Shown here in pieces: positions 9,543 to 17,992 of a DNA stretch of 39,685 nt. A program made the translations under genes and the position numbers. Below the pieces are notes generated by a model that saw nothing but the letters and a program-made list of their open reading frames with translations, was not told the origin of the DNA and ran no database searches. The first letter of the stretch is position 1. Each line of letters begins with the position of its first letter. The DNA is from Candidatus Dormiibacterota bacterium (lineage in GTDB: Bacteria; Chloroflexota; Dormibacteria; Aeolococcales; Aeolococcaceae), in NCBI GenBank assembly GCA_035544475.1, contig DATKEY010000227.1:1-39685 (forward strand). Direction: 5' to 3'.

Positions 9543-10558
9543 GGCGTGCACCCCGACGACGGGTTGGTCCGGCCGTTGCACGACGCGATCGCGTTGTCGG
9601 GGACGAGCAGGGCCGGGGCGATGACGTCGACGAAGTTGCCGCTGCCCGTCGCATTCGCGAAGTAGCGCGAGAAGGGCGCGAGCAGCTGGACGCTCTGGTC
9701 GATCGACGCCTGGTCGCGGGCCAGCACCGCCGTGACCGACTGGAGGTTCGCGAGCAGCGGCTGGATCTGGGCGGCGTTGTCGTGGAGGAGCGAGGTCAGC
9801 TGCTGGCCGAGGCTGGCGCTGTCGACGATGAGCTGGTGGATGACCTGGCGCCGCTGGATGATCGTCTGGAGCACGAGGTCGGCGTTGCCGAGCAGGGTGA
9901 CGAGCGGTCCCTGACGGCTGGCCAGCGTGTCGGCCACCTGCTGGGTGCCGGCGATCAGCGAGCTGAGCTGGTCCGAGTGGCTCGCGATCGTCTGCGAGAG
10001 CCGGCTCAGGCCGTCGAGGACCGCCCGCGTCGTCGCCGGGGTCGTGCGCAGGTCGTCGCTGAGGATCTTCAGCGACGTGTCGAGCTGCTTGAGGTCGACC
10101 TGGCGGGTCTCCGTCGACAGCGTGCCGAGGAGCTCGAGCAGGGTGTACGGCGAGGTGGTGTGCGACTGCGGGATGACGTCGTTCGAGCCGAGCTGTCCCG
10201 TGCCGGCCGGGGCGAGCTCGACGTACTCCTGACCGAGGATCGAGGCGATCTTGATGTTGAGAGTCGTGTCCTTCCCCACCCGGATGTCGTCCTTGGCGGT
10301 GAAGGTCATCAGGACGTGCGAGCCCTCGAGGTCGACACCGGTCACCTCACCGACGTTGAGGCCGGCGAGCCGCACCTCGTCACCGGTCGCGATCCCCGCC
10401 GCGTCGGCGAACTGGGCGTGGTAGTGGTTGACCCGGGCGATGAAGGGGAAGTGGCTGAAGCTCACCGCGAGCAGGACGATGCCGGCGACGAGGGCGCTGC
10501 CGACGATCGCGACCGTCGCCTGGTTGAGCTCGCGCAGCGGCCGCCATCTCACGAGCAC
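9539..10558 (-). CDS. MCE-family substrate-binding protein (MceC position)
   Basis: Track ORF of 339 aa with a TM helix (VAIVGSALVAGIVLLAV) and an Mce domain (GDEVRLAGLNVGEVTGV). An alternative GTG at 10552 would give a GTGA overlap with the mceB stop. Confidence 0.85.
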   Translation of the reverse strand: MLVRWRPLRELNQATVAIVGSALVAGIVLLAVSFSHFPFIARVNHYHAQFADAAGIATGDEVRLAGLNVGEVTGVDLEGSHVLMTFTAKDDIRVGKDTTLNIKIASILGQEYVELAPAGTGQLGSNDVIPQSHTTSPYTLLELLGTLSTETRQVDLKQLDTSLKILSDDLRTTPATTRAVLDGLSRLSQTIASHSDQLSSLIAGTQQVADTLASRQGPLVTLLGNADLVLQTIIQRRQVIHQLIVDSASLGQQLTSLLHDNAAQIQPLLANLQSVTAVLARDQASIDQSVQLLAPFSRYFANATGSGNFVDVIAPALLVPDNAIASCNGRTNPSSGCTP

Positions 10559-11592
10559 GCCCTCGAGTGCACGCTCTGATTCCCGACCGGTCCGTTGGGG
10601 ATGGTGATCGGCAGCGGCAGCGGGCCGGCGCTCGCCTGCCCCGTGGTCTGGAGGGTGATCGCGCAGGCGTAGATGTTCGCCCAGCTCCCGTACGAGAGCA
10701 CCCGGTCGAACGCGGCCAGGCCGGTCGGCAGCTGGCGGACCACGGTGTCGAGCTTGTCCTGGTTCGCGACCAGGCTGTCGGTGAGGGTCCTCAGACCCGC
10801 GATGTCGTGGTCGATCGCCGGTCGGGAGCCCTCGACGAGGCCGTTGAGCGCCGCGGCGAGGGCGTCGATCTGGACGAGCGAGTCGCCGACGCTGGTGCGG
10901 TCGGCGGCGAGCGTCGCGGTCAGCTGACCGAGCTGGTCGATGAGCTGGCCGAGCTGGGCGTCATGGCTCGCGACCGTGCCGACGACGCCGGTGAGGTTCT
11001 GGAGCACCTGGCCGATCACCGTGTCCCGGTCGGCGAGGTTCGCGGTGAACTGCGCGGTCTGGTCGAGCAGGGTCTGGAGGGTGCCCCCCTCTCCCTGGAG
11101 CACCTGCACGAGCGAGCTCGCGAGCTGGTTGACCTGGTCGGGGGTCAGCGCCGCGAACAGGGGCTTGAACCCGTTGAAGAGCACGGTGAGGTCGAGCGCG
11201 GGAGCGGTGCGGGACATCGGGATCAGCGCGCTGTCGGCGAGCGCGGTCCCCTCGCTGTCGCCCTTGACGAGTGCGAGGAAGCGCTGTCCGATCACGTTCT
11301 GATACCGGATCACGGCGCGTGTGGTGTCGGTGACCTTGATGTCGCGGTCGACCTGGAAGGTGATCTGCGCGGTGTATCCGTCGTTTCTCTCGTCCGTGAC
11401 CTTGCCGACCTCGACGCCGACCACCCGCACGATGTCGCCGACCCGAAGCCCGCTGATATCGCCGAACTCCGCCCGGTACGTCGCCTGAGGCTGGAAGCGC
11501 GGGTTGGTGATCGTGAGCACGACCAGGGTGGTGATCAGCACCGAGCTGATCGCGAAGATGATCAGCATGGTCAGCGGCTTGCGGACGCTCAC
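10549..11592 (-). CDS. MCE-family substrate-binding protein (MceB position)
   Basis: Track ORF of 347 aa. The GTG start overlaps the mceA stop (GTGA at 11589-11592). It has a TM helix (LTMLIIFAISSVLITTLVVL) and an Mce domain (GDIVRVVGVEVGKVTD). Confidence 0.85.
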   Translation of the reverse strand: MSVRKPLTMLIIFAISSVLITTLVVLTITNPRFQPQATYRAEFGDISGLRVGDIVRVVGVEVGKVTDERNDGYTAQITFQVDRDIKVTDTTRAVIRYQNVIGQRFLALVKGDSEGTALADSALIPMSRTAPALDLTVLFNGFKPLFAALTPDQVNQLASSLVQVLQGEGGTLQTLLDQTAQFTANLADRDTVIGQVLQNLTGVVGTVASHDAQLGQLIDQLGQLTATLAADRTSVGDSLVQIDALAAALNGLVEGSRPAIDHDIAGLRTLTDSLVANQDKLDTVVRQLPTGLAAFDRVLSYGSWANIYACAITLQTTGQASAGPLPLPITIPNGPVGNQSVHSRACS

Positions 11593-12944
11593 AGGCCGAC
11601 CACCGTCATTCCGCGCAGCACCGGGCCGGCGAGCACGTCGGTGATCGCCGGCGGGACCGCCTCGGGCCGCACGCCGAGGAGCTGGGCGACGGCCACCTGC
11701 ACGGCGTGCACCTCGGCGGGGCTGCCGACCGGGCCGACGCTGCCGCCGTTCTCCGACGAGGTGGTCACCGCGGGCTGGGCGGCGGCGCAGTTCGGTCCGT
11801 CGGCGCCGGGATAGCGCGGGCAGTTCTGCGCCGTGTACGTCGCCGGGTTGAGCAGCGCGGCGAATGCCCGGTCGGCCGCCGGCCGCCCCGTCGGCCCGCC
11901 GAGTGACGCGGTGACCGCGGCGCCGATGTCGACGTTCCGAAGCACGAGGTTGAGGTGGGCGTCGTTCTTGCCGAGGAAGGTGGTCCAGGTCTTCGCGACC
12001 GCGCCGAGGTTGAGCACCCCGTTCGTCAGCCCCGAGGTGTTCTGGTCGATGGCGGCCAGGACCGGCTGGAGGTCGTCGACGACGGTGACGAAGCGGTCGC
12101 CGTTCGCGGTGAGGAAGGCGTTGACGTCGTCGGAGAGGGTGATGCCGCCGCTGAGCAGGCCCTTGAGCTGGTCCTGGTGGCTGGTCAGGGTCTGCGCGGT
12201 CGTCGTCAGGTTCGAGATGGTCTGGAGCAGCGCCGGGGCGTTGCTGCCGAGCTCGTCGACGAAGCCGGCGAACTTGGTGATGTCGTCCTGGATCTCGGGC
12301 GTCAGCGGGGTCAGCTGCTTCACGTAGGCGTCGAGGTTGTCGACGAGGCTGCCGAGCTTCTCGCCCTGGCCGCTGAGCGCGGTGGCCAGGTTGGTGAGGG
12401 CGACGTCGAGCTGCGCGGGATGGATCGCGGTCAGCAGCGAGTCGACCTCGGCGAGCGCCGTCTGCAGCGCGGTCGTGCCCGGGCTCGTGTCGGCCGGGAT
12501 CGTCACCCCCGCGGTGAGCTGCCCGTGGCCGCCGCCCGCCGGCTCGACGAGCTCGACGAACTGCGAGCCGAAGAGGGTGGTCGGCACCGGCCGGGCGGTC
12601 ACGTCCGCCGGGATCTGCACCGCCTTCTCGGGCTCCACGTTGAGGTGGAGCAGCGTCTGGTCGCCCTGGAGCTCACCGGTCCCGACGAGCTTGCCGACGA
12701 TGATGTCGCGGAAGCGCACCTCGTCGCCGTCCTGGAGGGCGTCCCCTGCACGGCTCACCAGCGCGCTCATCGAGATGAACGTCCCGCCGGCGGTGAAGGC
12801 GCGGATGATCACCGTGCAGACCACGAGGATCCCCACCACCAGGAGCGCGCCGTAGACGGTGGCCTGCTTGCGCTGCTGCTGGCGGCGCCGGGCGGCGGCC
12901 GCCGCCGCGCCCTCGGAGGTGGTGATCTGGGTGGTGTCGGTCAT
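11589..12944 (-). CDS. MCE-family substrate-binding protein (MceA position)
   Basis: This is the in-frame part of track ORF 11589..13406. ATG 12944 overlaps the yrbEB stop (ATGA at 12941-12944). It has a TM helix (VYGALLVVGILVVCTVII) and an Mce domain (GDEVRFRDIIVGKLVG). Confidence 0.85.
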   Translation of the reverse strand: MTDTTQITTSEGAAAAAARRRQQQRKQATVYGALLVVGILVVCTVIIRAFTAGGTFISMSALVSRAGDALQDGDEVRFRDIIVGKLVGTGELQGDQTLLHLNVEPEKAVQIPADVTARPVPTTLFGSQFVELVEPAGGGHGQLTAGVTIPADTSPGTTALQTALAEVDSLLTAIHPAQLDVALTNLATALSGQGEKLGSLVDNLDAYVKQLTPLTPEIQDDITKFAGFVDELGSNAPALLQTISNLTTTAQTLTSHQDQLKGLLSGGITLSDDVNAFLTANGDRFVTVVDDLQPVLAAIDQNTSGLTNGVLNLGAVAKTWTTFLGKNDAHLNLVLRNVDIGAAVTASLGGPTGRPAADRAFAALLNPATYTAQNCPRYPGADGPNCAAAQPAVTTSSENGGSVGPVGSPAEVHAVQVAVAQLLGVRPEAVPPAITDVLAGPVLRGMTVVGL

Positions 12945-13810
12945 GCCGACAGGCCCACCGTCTGCGCCGTCCCCCAGAAGAGGAAGGTCATCAGCATGTC
13001 GGCGACGGCGATGAGCACGCTGGCGGAGCGGATGCCGCGTCCCGCCGCCTTGCCGACGCCCTCGGGACCGCCGCTCGCGTAGAAGCCGTAGAAGCACTGC
13101 ACCGGGATGATCAGCAGGGCGAAGACCACCACCTTCACCACCGAGTAGATGACGTCCATCGGCTGGATGAAGACGTGGAAGTAGTGGGCGTACGTCCCCG
13201 CCGACTGCTGGAAGAAGACGCTGATGGTGACCTCGGTGCCGACGTAGGCGGCGAAGAGGCCGACGAGGTAGAGCGGGATGACGGCGATGAGCGCGGCGAT
13301 GACCCGGGTGCTCACCAGGTAGGGGATGGGCGGGACCGCCATCATCTCCAGGGCGTCGACCTCCTCGTTGATGCGCATCGCGCCGAGCTGGGCGGTGAAC
13401 TTGCATCCCAGCTGCGAGGACAGCGCGACCGCGGCGATGAGTGGGGCGAGCTCGCGGGTGTTGGCGAACGCGGAGACGTAGCCCGACAGCGGGGCGAGGC
13501 CGAGGATCTGCAGTCCCTGGTAGCCCTCGAGGCCGACCTCGATGCCGACCGCGCCGGAGAGCATGAAGATGATCCCGACGGTGCCTCCGGCGACGAAGAG
13601 CAGCCCGCTGCCGACGCTCACCTCGGCGAGCAGGCGGAAGAGCTCGGGGCGGAACTTGACGAAGACGAGCGGGATGGACACGAAGGTCTTGATGCAGAAG
13701 CTCACGAGGTTGCCGAGCCAGACGAGCTGGTCGACGACGCGGCGGACGAGCTTCCCCCCGGGGAGGCTGAGGGTGCGCGGCGGCGCGACGGCGGCGCTCG
13801 GCGCCGCCAT
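12941..13810 (-). CDS. MlaE/YrbE-family ABC permease (YrbEB position)
   Basis: This is the in-frame C-terminal 289 aa of track ORF 12941..14464. ATG 13810 shares one base with the yrbEA stop. The protein is polytopic and carries the MlaE signature (INEEVDALEMMAVPPIPYLV). Confidence 0.9.
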   Translation of the reverse strand: MAAPSAAVAPPRTLSLPGGKLVRRVVDQLVWLGNLVSFCIKTFVSIPLVFVKFRPELFRLLAEVSVGSGLLFVAGGTVGIIFMLSGAVGIEVGLEGYQGLQILGLAPLSGYVSAFANTRELAPLIAAVALSSQLGCKFTAQLGAMRINEEVDALEMMAVPPIPYLVSTRVIAALIAVIPLYLVGLFAAYVGTEVTISVFFQQSAGTYAHYFHVFIQPMDVIYSVVKVVVFALLIIPVQCFYGFYASGGPEGVGKAAGRGIRSASVLIAVADMLMTFLFWGTAQTVGLSA

Positions 13811-14604
13811 CAGGTGACCCGCGGCGGGACGAGGGCGAAGTACACCTCGGTCACCACCAGGTTGACGATGAAGAGGGTGATGGCGGTGATCACCACCGAC
13901 TGGTTGACCGCGGCGCCGACCCCGGACGCGCCCTTCTTGCAGTTCAGGCCCTTGTAGGCGGCAACGACCACCGCGATGACTCCGAAGATCGCGGCTTTGA
14001 GGGTCGACACGAGGAAGTCGTCGATCTTGGCGAAGGTGCTGAAGGAGCCGAGGAAGCTGCCCGGGGTCCCGTGGAGCACGGTGACGTCGAAGATGTAGCC
14101 GCTGAGAACGGCGGAGAAGGCGACGATCCCGTTGAGCAGGATGGCGACGAGCAGGCCGGCGAGCACACGCGGGGCGACCAGCCGCTCGACCGGCGAGAGC
14201 CCGAGCACCTGGAGGGCGTCGATCTCGTCCTTGATGTTGCGCGAGCCCAGGTCGGCGCAGATCGCCGAGCCGCCGGCGCCCGCGAGCAGCAGCGCGGTGA
14301 CGATCGGGGCCGCCTCGCGCAGGACGCCGAGGGCGTCCACGGCACCGATGAAGGACGTCGCCCCCACCTGCCGGGCCACGTTGCCGACCTGGAGGGAGAT
14401 GATGATCCCGAAGGGGATCGCGATGAGGATGGTCGGGAGGATGCAGACGCTGGCGATGAACCACGCCTGGCCGATGAACTCACGCCAGACGAAGCGGCGG
14501 TGGATCATGGCGTCGGCCCCGGCGACGACGCTGTCGATGAAGAGGGAGTAGAAGCCTCCCAACCCGGAGAGCTTCTTCTGCACCCGCTCCGGCACAACGG
14601 CCAT
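13810..14604 (-). CDS. MlaE/YrbE-family ABC permease (YrbEA position)
   Basis: The track ORF is 13810..14607 (TTG). The ATG one codon in, at 14604, is preceded by a G-rich ribosome-binding site. The MlaE signature is IKDEIDALQVLGLSPVERLV. Confidence 0.9.
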   Translation of the reverse strand: MAVVPERVQKKLSGLGGFYSLFIDSVVAGADAMIHRRFVWREFIGQAWFIASVCILPTILIAIPFGIIISLQVGNVARQVGATSFIGAVDALGVLREAAPIVTALLLAGAGGSAICADLGSRNIKDEIDALQVLGLSPVERLVAPRVLAGLLVAILLNGIVAFSAVLSGYIFDVTVLHGTPGSFLGSFSTFAKIDDFLVSTLKAAIFGVIAVVVAAYKGLNCKKGASGVGAAVNQSVVITAITLFIVNLVVTEVYFALVPPRVT

Positions 14605-14715
14605 CAAACCCCCACGCCCCCCCTTGATGCCGGTGTCAACTCGGGATTATGCACAGCCCCATCGCGCTTCGGGAAATGGAGATCGCCGATCGATCGCACC
14701 GCCTCGGCACCTCCT

Positions 14716-15609
14716 CTACGGGGCGGGCTCGGACCCGTTGGCCTGCGGTTGGGGCGGCGCCAGCCGCTCGACCTCGGCGGATTCGAGGGGCAGGCACACC
14801 GCGCAGAAGTCGGTGCCGAAGGTGGTGAGGTGGATGCTCCGGCGGACGGTCCGGCCGTGTCCGCCCCGCTTGCGCGCCTCCATGACCTCGGGCTGGACCT
14901 CGAGGACCTGGTAGCGGAGCGCGTCGGTGAGGGGCTCGACCGAGACCCGGAGCAGGCCGAGGCGGGCGAGGTTGTCGAGATAGGCGGACACCCGGTCGAG
15001 GTGGGCGCAGCCGGCCTCGGTGCCGATCATCGTCAACCCGCGCTCGACCAGCTGGGAGCCGATCGGCCGCCCGGTGCGCACGTCGACGATCGCCTGCGGA
15101 CCGTCGAGCGCGAGCTTGCGGAGGATGCGCGCCTCGTCGGGGGCGAGCTCCTCGAGGATGCGGGCGTACGCGGGGTGGACCTGGGCGGCGAAGTTGACGT
15201 CGGCGGAGAGCCGCAGCAGCTCCGCCCCCCGGGCGCGGAGTGAGGCCGGGGTGGCCGCCGCGGTCCGCGCCGCGACCCGGTTCGACGCCGACGCCGTCGC
15301 CGAGGCGCCCGCGGCCCTGACCGAGTCCTCGAGCTCGGGGATGCCGAGGATCCGGCGGCCGCGGTCGCGGACCTCGTCGAAGGTGGCCTCGAGGACCTGG
15401 GCCGGGGTCTCGCCGATCGACGCCGCCCGGGCCACCCGCAGCGCGGCGTTCAGCGAGGTGTCGAGGCCCCACTGGGTGAGGTTGCGCGCGGTGAGGAATC
15501 CGAAGCGGGCGACCGCGGGCGCGGCCCGGAGCAGGACGAGCGCCGGCGGGTCGCCCCCGCGCTGCGGCGAAGCGCCGTTGCTGCCGTGGGAGGTGCCCTG
15601 CTCGCTCAT
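14716..15609 (-). CDS. Abi-alpha / DUF4393-like protein
   Basis: This is the in-frame C-terminal 297 aa of track ORF 14716..16914. ATG 15609 overlaps the DUF445 gene stop (ATGA). The segment VHPAYARILEELAPDEARILRKL ... YLDNLARLGLLRV ... IHLTTFGTDFCAVC resembles the Abi-alpha (DUF4393) family as I recall it. This was not verified. Confidence 0.45.
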   Translation of the reverse strand: MSEQGTSHGSNGASPQRGGDPPALVLLRAAPAVARFGFLTARNLTQWGLDTSLNAALRVARAASIGETPAQVLEATFDEVRDRGRRILGIPELEDSVRAAGASATASASNRVAARTAAATPASLRARGAELLRLSADVNFAAQVHPAYARILEELAPDEARILRKLALDGPQAIVDVRTGRPIGSQLVERGLTMIGTEAGCAHLDRVSAYLDNLARLGLLRVSVEPLTDALRYQVLEVQPEVMEARKRGGHGRTVRRSIHLTTFGTDFCAVCLPLESAEVERLAPPQPQANGSEPAP

Positions 15610-16898
15610 CCGAAGATCGCCAGGTGGACGAGCCCGGCGCCGAAACCGAGCACCGCGCCGTGGAGGAGGAGCAGCCACTCGTCCTGCTCGGTGGCGGTGC
15701 GCAGCATCCCCGAGAAGTCCTTCGGCGGCAGCTCGGCGACCCGGTCGGCGATGAGCCGGTGGATCCGGGCGTTCTGCTGCCGGTTGAACTCCGGGTTGGC
15801 GAGCGGGCTCATCGCGTAGTCGACCGCCTCGGTGGCCACCGACCTGCGGATCGCCTCGTACTCTCGGGTGCCGACCGCGGCGCGCACCAGGGTGCGGGTC
15901 CGGCCCACGGCTTGGTCGATCGCCGGCCGGAGCGCGGTCTCGATCATCTGCCGGGTGCGGTCGGCGCGCGGCCCGGTGAGCAGCTCGGTGCCGATGTTCT
16001 GGAGGGTGATGATGTCCTCGGCGATGATCTTCGCGTACTCGTCGGCGACCTCCGGCTGCCGCTTGATGAAGAGCCCCTGCCACCGGAAGGGCCCGATCCT
16101 CCGGGGCTCCACCGGCTCGTAGATCATGTAGAGCGCGACCCAGTTGGTGATGTAGCCGATGATCACGCCGCCGATCGGCAGCACCCACCACTGCGGGAAC
16201 GCCTTGGTGATCCAGATCATCGGCACGCCGAGGATGAGGCCGATGACGAAGCCGAGGTTCTGGATCAGCCGCAGCTCCTTCTTGCCGACGTCGAGGAAGA
16301 TCCGGTTGGCGAGCTGGGGATCGGCCTCGATGTGCTTGATCACCATGAGCTTGACGTCGATGAGCTGGTCGATGTTCTCGCCGATGTCGTTGGTGATCGA
16401 CCGCACGATGTCGGGCAGCTGCTGCTGGACACGCAGGTGCACCGCCTCGCGGACCAGCGCTGGGAGGTTGTTCCAGAGCTGGGGCTGCTCCCGCTCCATG
16501 ATCCGCTCGACCAGTGCGCGGATGTCCCGCTGCGAGCTGGCGACGATGTGCTCGGCGATCCTGTCGGGCTCGAGCTGCCGGTAGAAGTCCGCCGGCCGGC
16601 CCACCTTGGCGATCCCGGTGTCGACGGCGATGCTCCCCATCTTCGCCGCCCGCGACGGGACGATCCCCTGCCAGCCGAGACCGCCGTGCATCACCCCGGG
16701 GATCTCCTGGATCTTCCGCGGCATCAGGCTGACGAACCAGGCGAGCCCGGGCACGCGCCAGCCCCGGAAGTGGACGGGGTAGAACAGCATGAGCACCCCG
16801 CTCCAGTTCGTGATGTAGCCGATCACCCCCGTGAACAGGGGGATGGACAGCATCCGGAGCGTCTCGTGGCTCACGGCGGACTCGCCCTCCGACCCCAA
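15606..16898 (-). CDS. DUF445-family membrane protein
   Basis: Track ORF of 430 aa. The GYITNW motif appears twice (TGVIGYITNWSGVLMLFYP and GGVIIGYITNWVALYMIYEP), flanking a long soluble helical region, and there is a C-terminal TM helix. The start is uncertain: TTG 16898, GTG 16874 or ATG 16853. Confidence 0.65.
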   Translation of the reverse strand: MGSEGESAVSHETLRMLSIPLFTGVIGYITNWSGVLMLFYPVHFRGWRVPGLAWFVSLMPRKIQEIPGVMHGGLGWQGIVPSRAAKMGSIAVDTGIAKVGRPADFYRQLEPDRIAEHIVASSQRDIRALVERIMEREQPQLWNNLPALVREAVHLRVQQQLPDIVRSITNDIGENIDQLIDVKLMVIKHIEADPQLANRIFLDVGKKELRLIQNLGFVIGLILGVPMIWITKAFPQWWVLPIGGVIIGYITNWVALYMIYEPVEPRRIGPFRWQGLFIKRQPEVADEYAKIIAEDIITLQNIGTELLTGPRADRTRQMIETALRPAIDQAVGRTRTLVRAAVGTREYEAIRRSVATEAVDYAMSPLANPEFNRQQNARIHRLIADRVAELPPKDFSGMLRTATEQDEWLLLLHGAVLGFGAGLVHLAIFG

Positions 16899-16966
16899 AC
16901 CCGTCCGCCATCATAAGCGAGACCGGAGCACCCTTCCCGATCGCATCCGTCGGAGCGGGCGGACGC

Positions 16967-17992
16967 CTACATGAGCTCCCGCATCAGGGTGTCGAACTGC
17001 TCGCGGGTCGGGCGCAGATCGTCCTCGCCGAGGTCGCGCAGGGGCACCTCGGCGAGCCGCTCGCGGGTCGCGAAGTCCTCGGCGTGCTCGTCGACGAAGA
17101 GCAGGCCGGTGAGCAGCCGGCCCTGGGTGCGGCTCTCCTCGAGGATCCGCATGGCGGCGAGGCGATCGGTCGGGTCGTGGTCCTCGGAGAGCTTGTGGAG
17201 AACCAGGGTGGAGCCGTCGTAGAGGTCGACCTCCTTGACCTCCCCGGGCTCGTACTCGACCCGGATCTCCTCGAAGTAGGGGATGAAGGAGAGGTCGTGG
17301 ATGCCGGCGTCGTTGTCCTTGACCCAGCTGTAGCTGCGGGTCGACCCGTCGTGGTCGTTGAAGGTCACGCAGGGGGAGATGATGTCGAGGACCGCAGTGC
17401 CGCGATGGGCGACCGCCGCCTTGAGCAGCGGCACCAGCTGCTTGCCGTCGCCCGAGAACGACCGGGCGACGAAGGTGCTGCCGACGGAGAGGGCGACTGC
17501 GCACGGATCGATCGGCTGGTAGTGGTTGACCGCGCCCTTCTTGTGCACCGAGTCGATGTCGGCGGTCGCCGAGAACTGGCCCTTGGTCAGGCCGTAGGTG
17601 CCGTTGTCCTCGATGATGTAGGTGCAGTCGACGTTGCGCCGCACCAGGTGCATGAACTGCCCCAGCCCGATGCTCGCGCTGTCGCCGTCGCCGGAGACGC
17701 CGAGAAGGACGAGCTCGCGATTGGCGAGGCCGGCCCCGGTGGCGAGGGCGGGCATGCGTCCGTGGAGGCCGTTGAAGCCGTGGGCCTGGTCGACGAAGTA
17801 CGCCGGGGTCTTCGACGAGCAGCCGATGCCGCTGAGCTTGGCGAGGCGATGGGGCTCGACCCCGAGGTCGTAGAGCGCCTTGATGATGTGGTTGGTGATC
17901 GAGTTGTGGCCGCACCCCGCGCAGAGCGTCGAGGGACCACCCTTGTACGCCTCGCGGGCGAGCCCGATCCGGTTGAGGGCGAGAGCTGACAT
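16967..17992 (-). CDS. korB: 2-oxoglutarate/2-oxoacid:ferredoxin oxidoreductase, beta subunit
   Basis: Track ORF of 341 aa. It has the N-terminal Cys motif LCAGCGHNSI and the TPP-binding motif GVSGDGDSASIGLGQF...IIEDNGTYGLTKGQ. It directly abuts the alpha subunit stop. Confidence 0.9.
   Translation of the reverse strand: MSALALNRIGLAREAYKGGPSTLCAGCGHNSITNHIIKALYDLGVEPHRLAKLSGIGCSSKTPAYFVDQAHGFNGLHGRMPALATGAGLANRELVLLGVSGDGDSASIGLGQFMHLVRRNVDCTYIIEDNGTYGLTKGQFSATADIDSVHKKGAVNHYQPIDPCAVALSVGSTFVARSFSGDGKQLVPLLKAAVAHRGTAVLDIISPCVTFNDHDGSTRSYSWVKDNDAGIHDLSFIPYFEEIRVEYEPGEVKEVDLYDGSTLVLHKLSEDHDPTDRLAAMRILEESRTQGRLLTGLLFVDEHAEDFATRERLAEVPLRDLGEDDLRPTREQFDTLMRELM

Noticed and set aside
14608-14715. 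KstR/Mce3R-type operator or clear promoter upstream of the mce operon; 10-bp CGATCGATCG palindrome at 14687-14696
   Set aside because: No TnnAACnnGTTnnA-like site was found. A TTGACA (14634-14639, minus strand) lies downstream of the only -10-like box (CATAAT), so it cannot pair with it. The CGATCG repeat is short and low in information.
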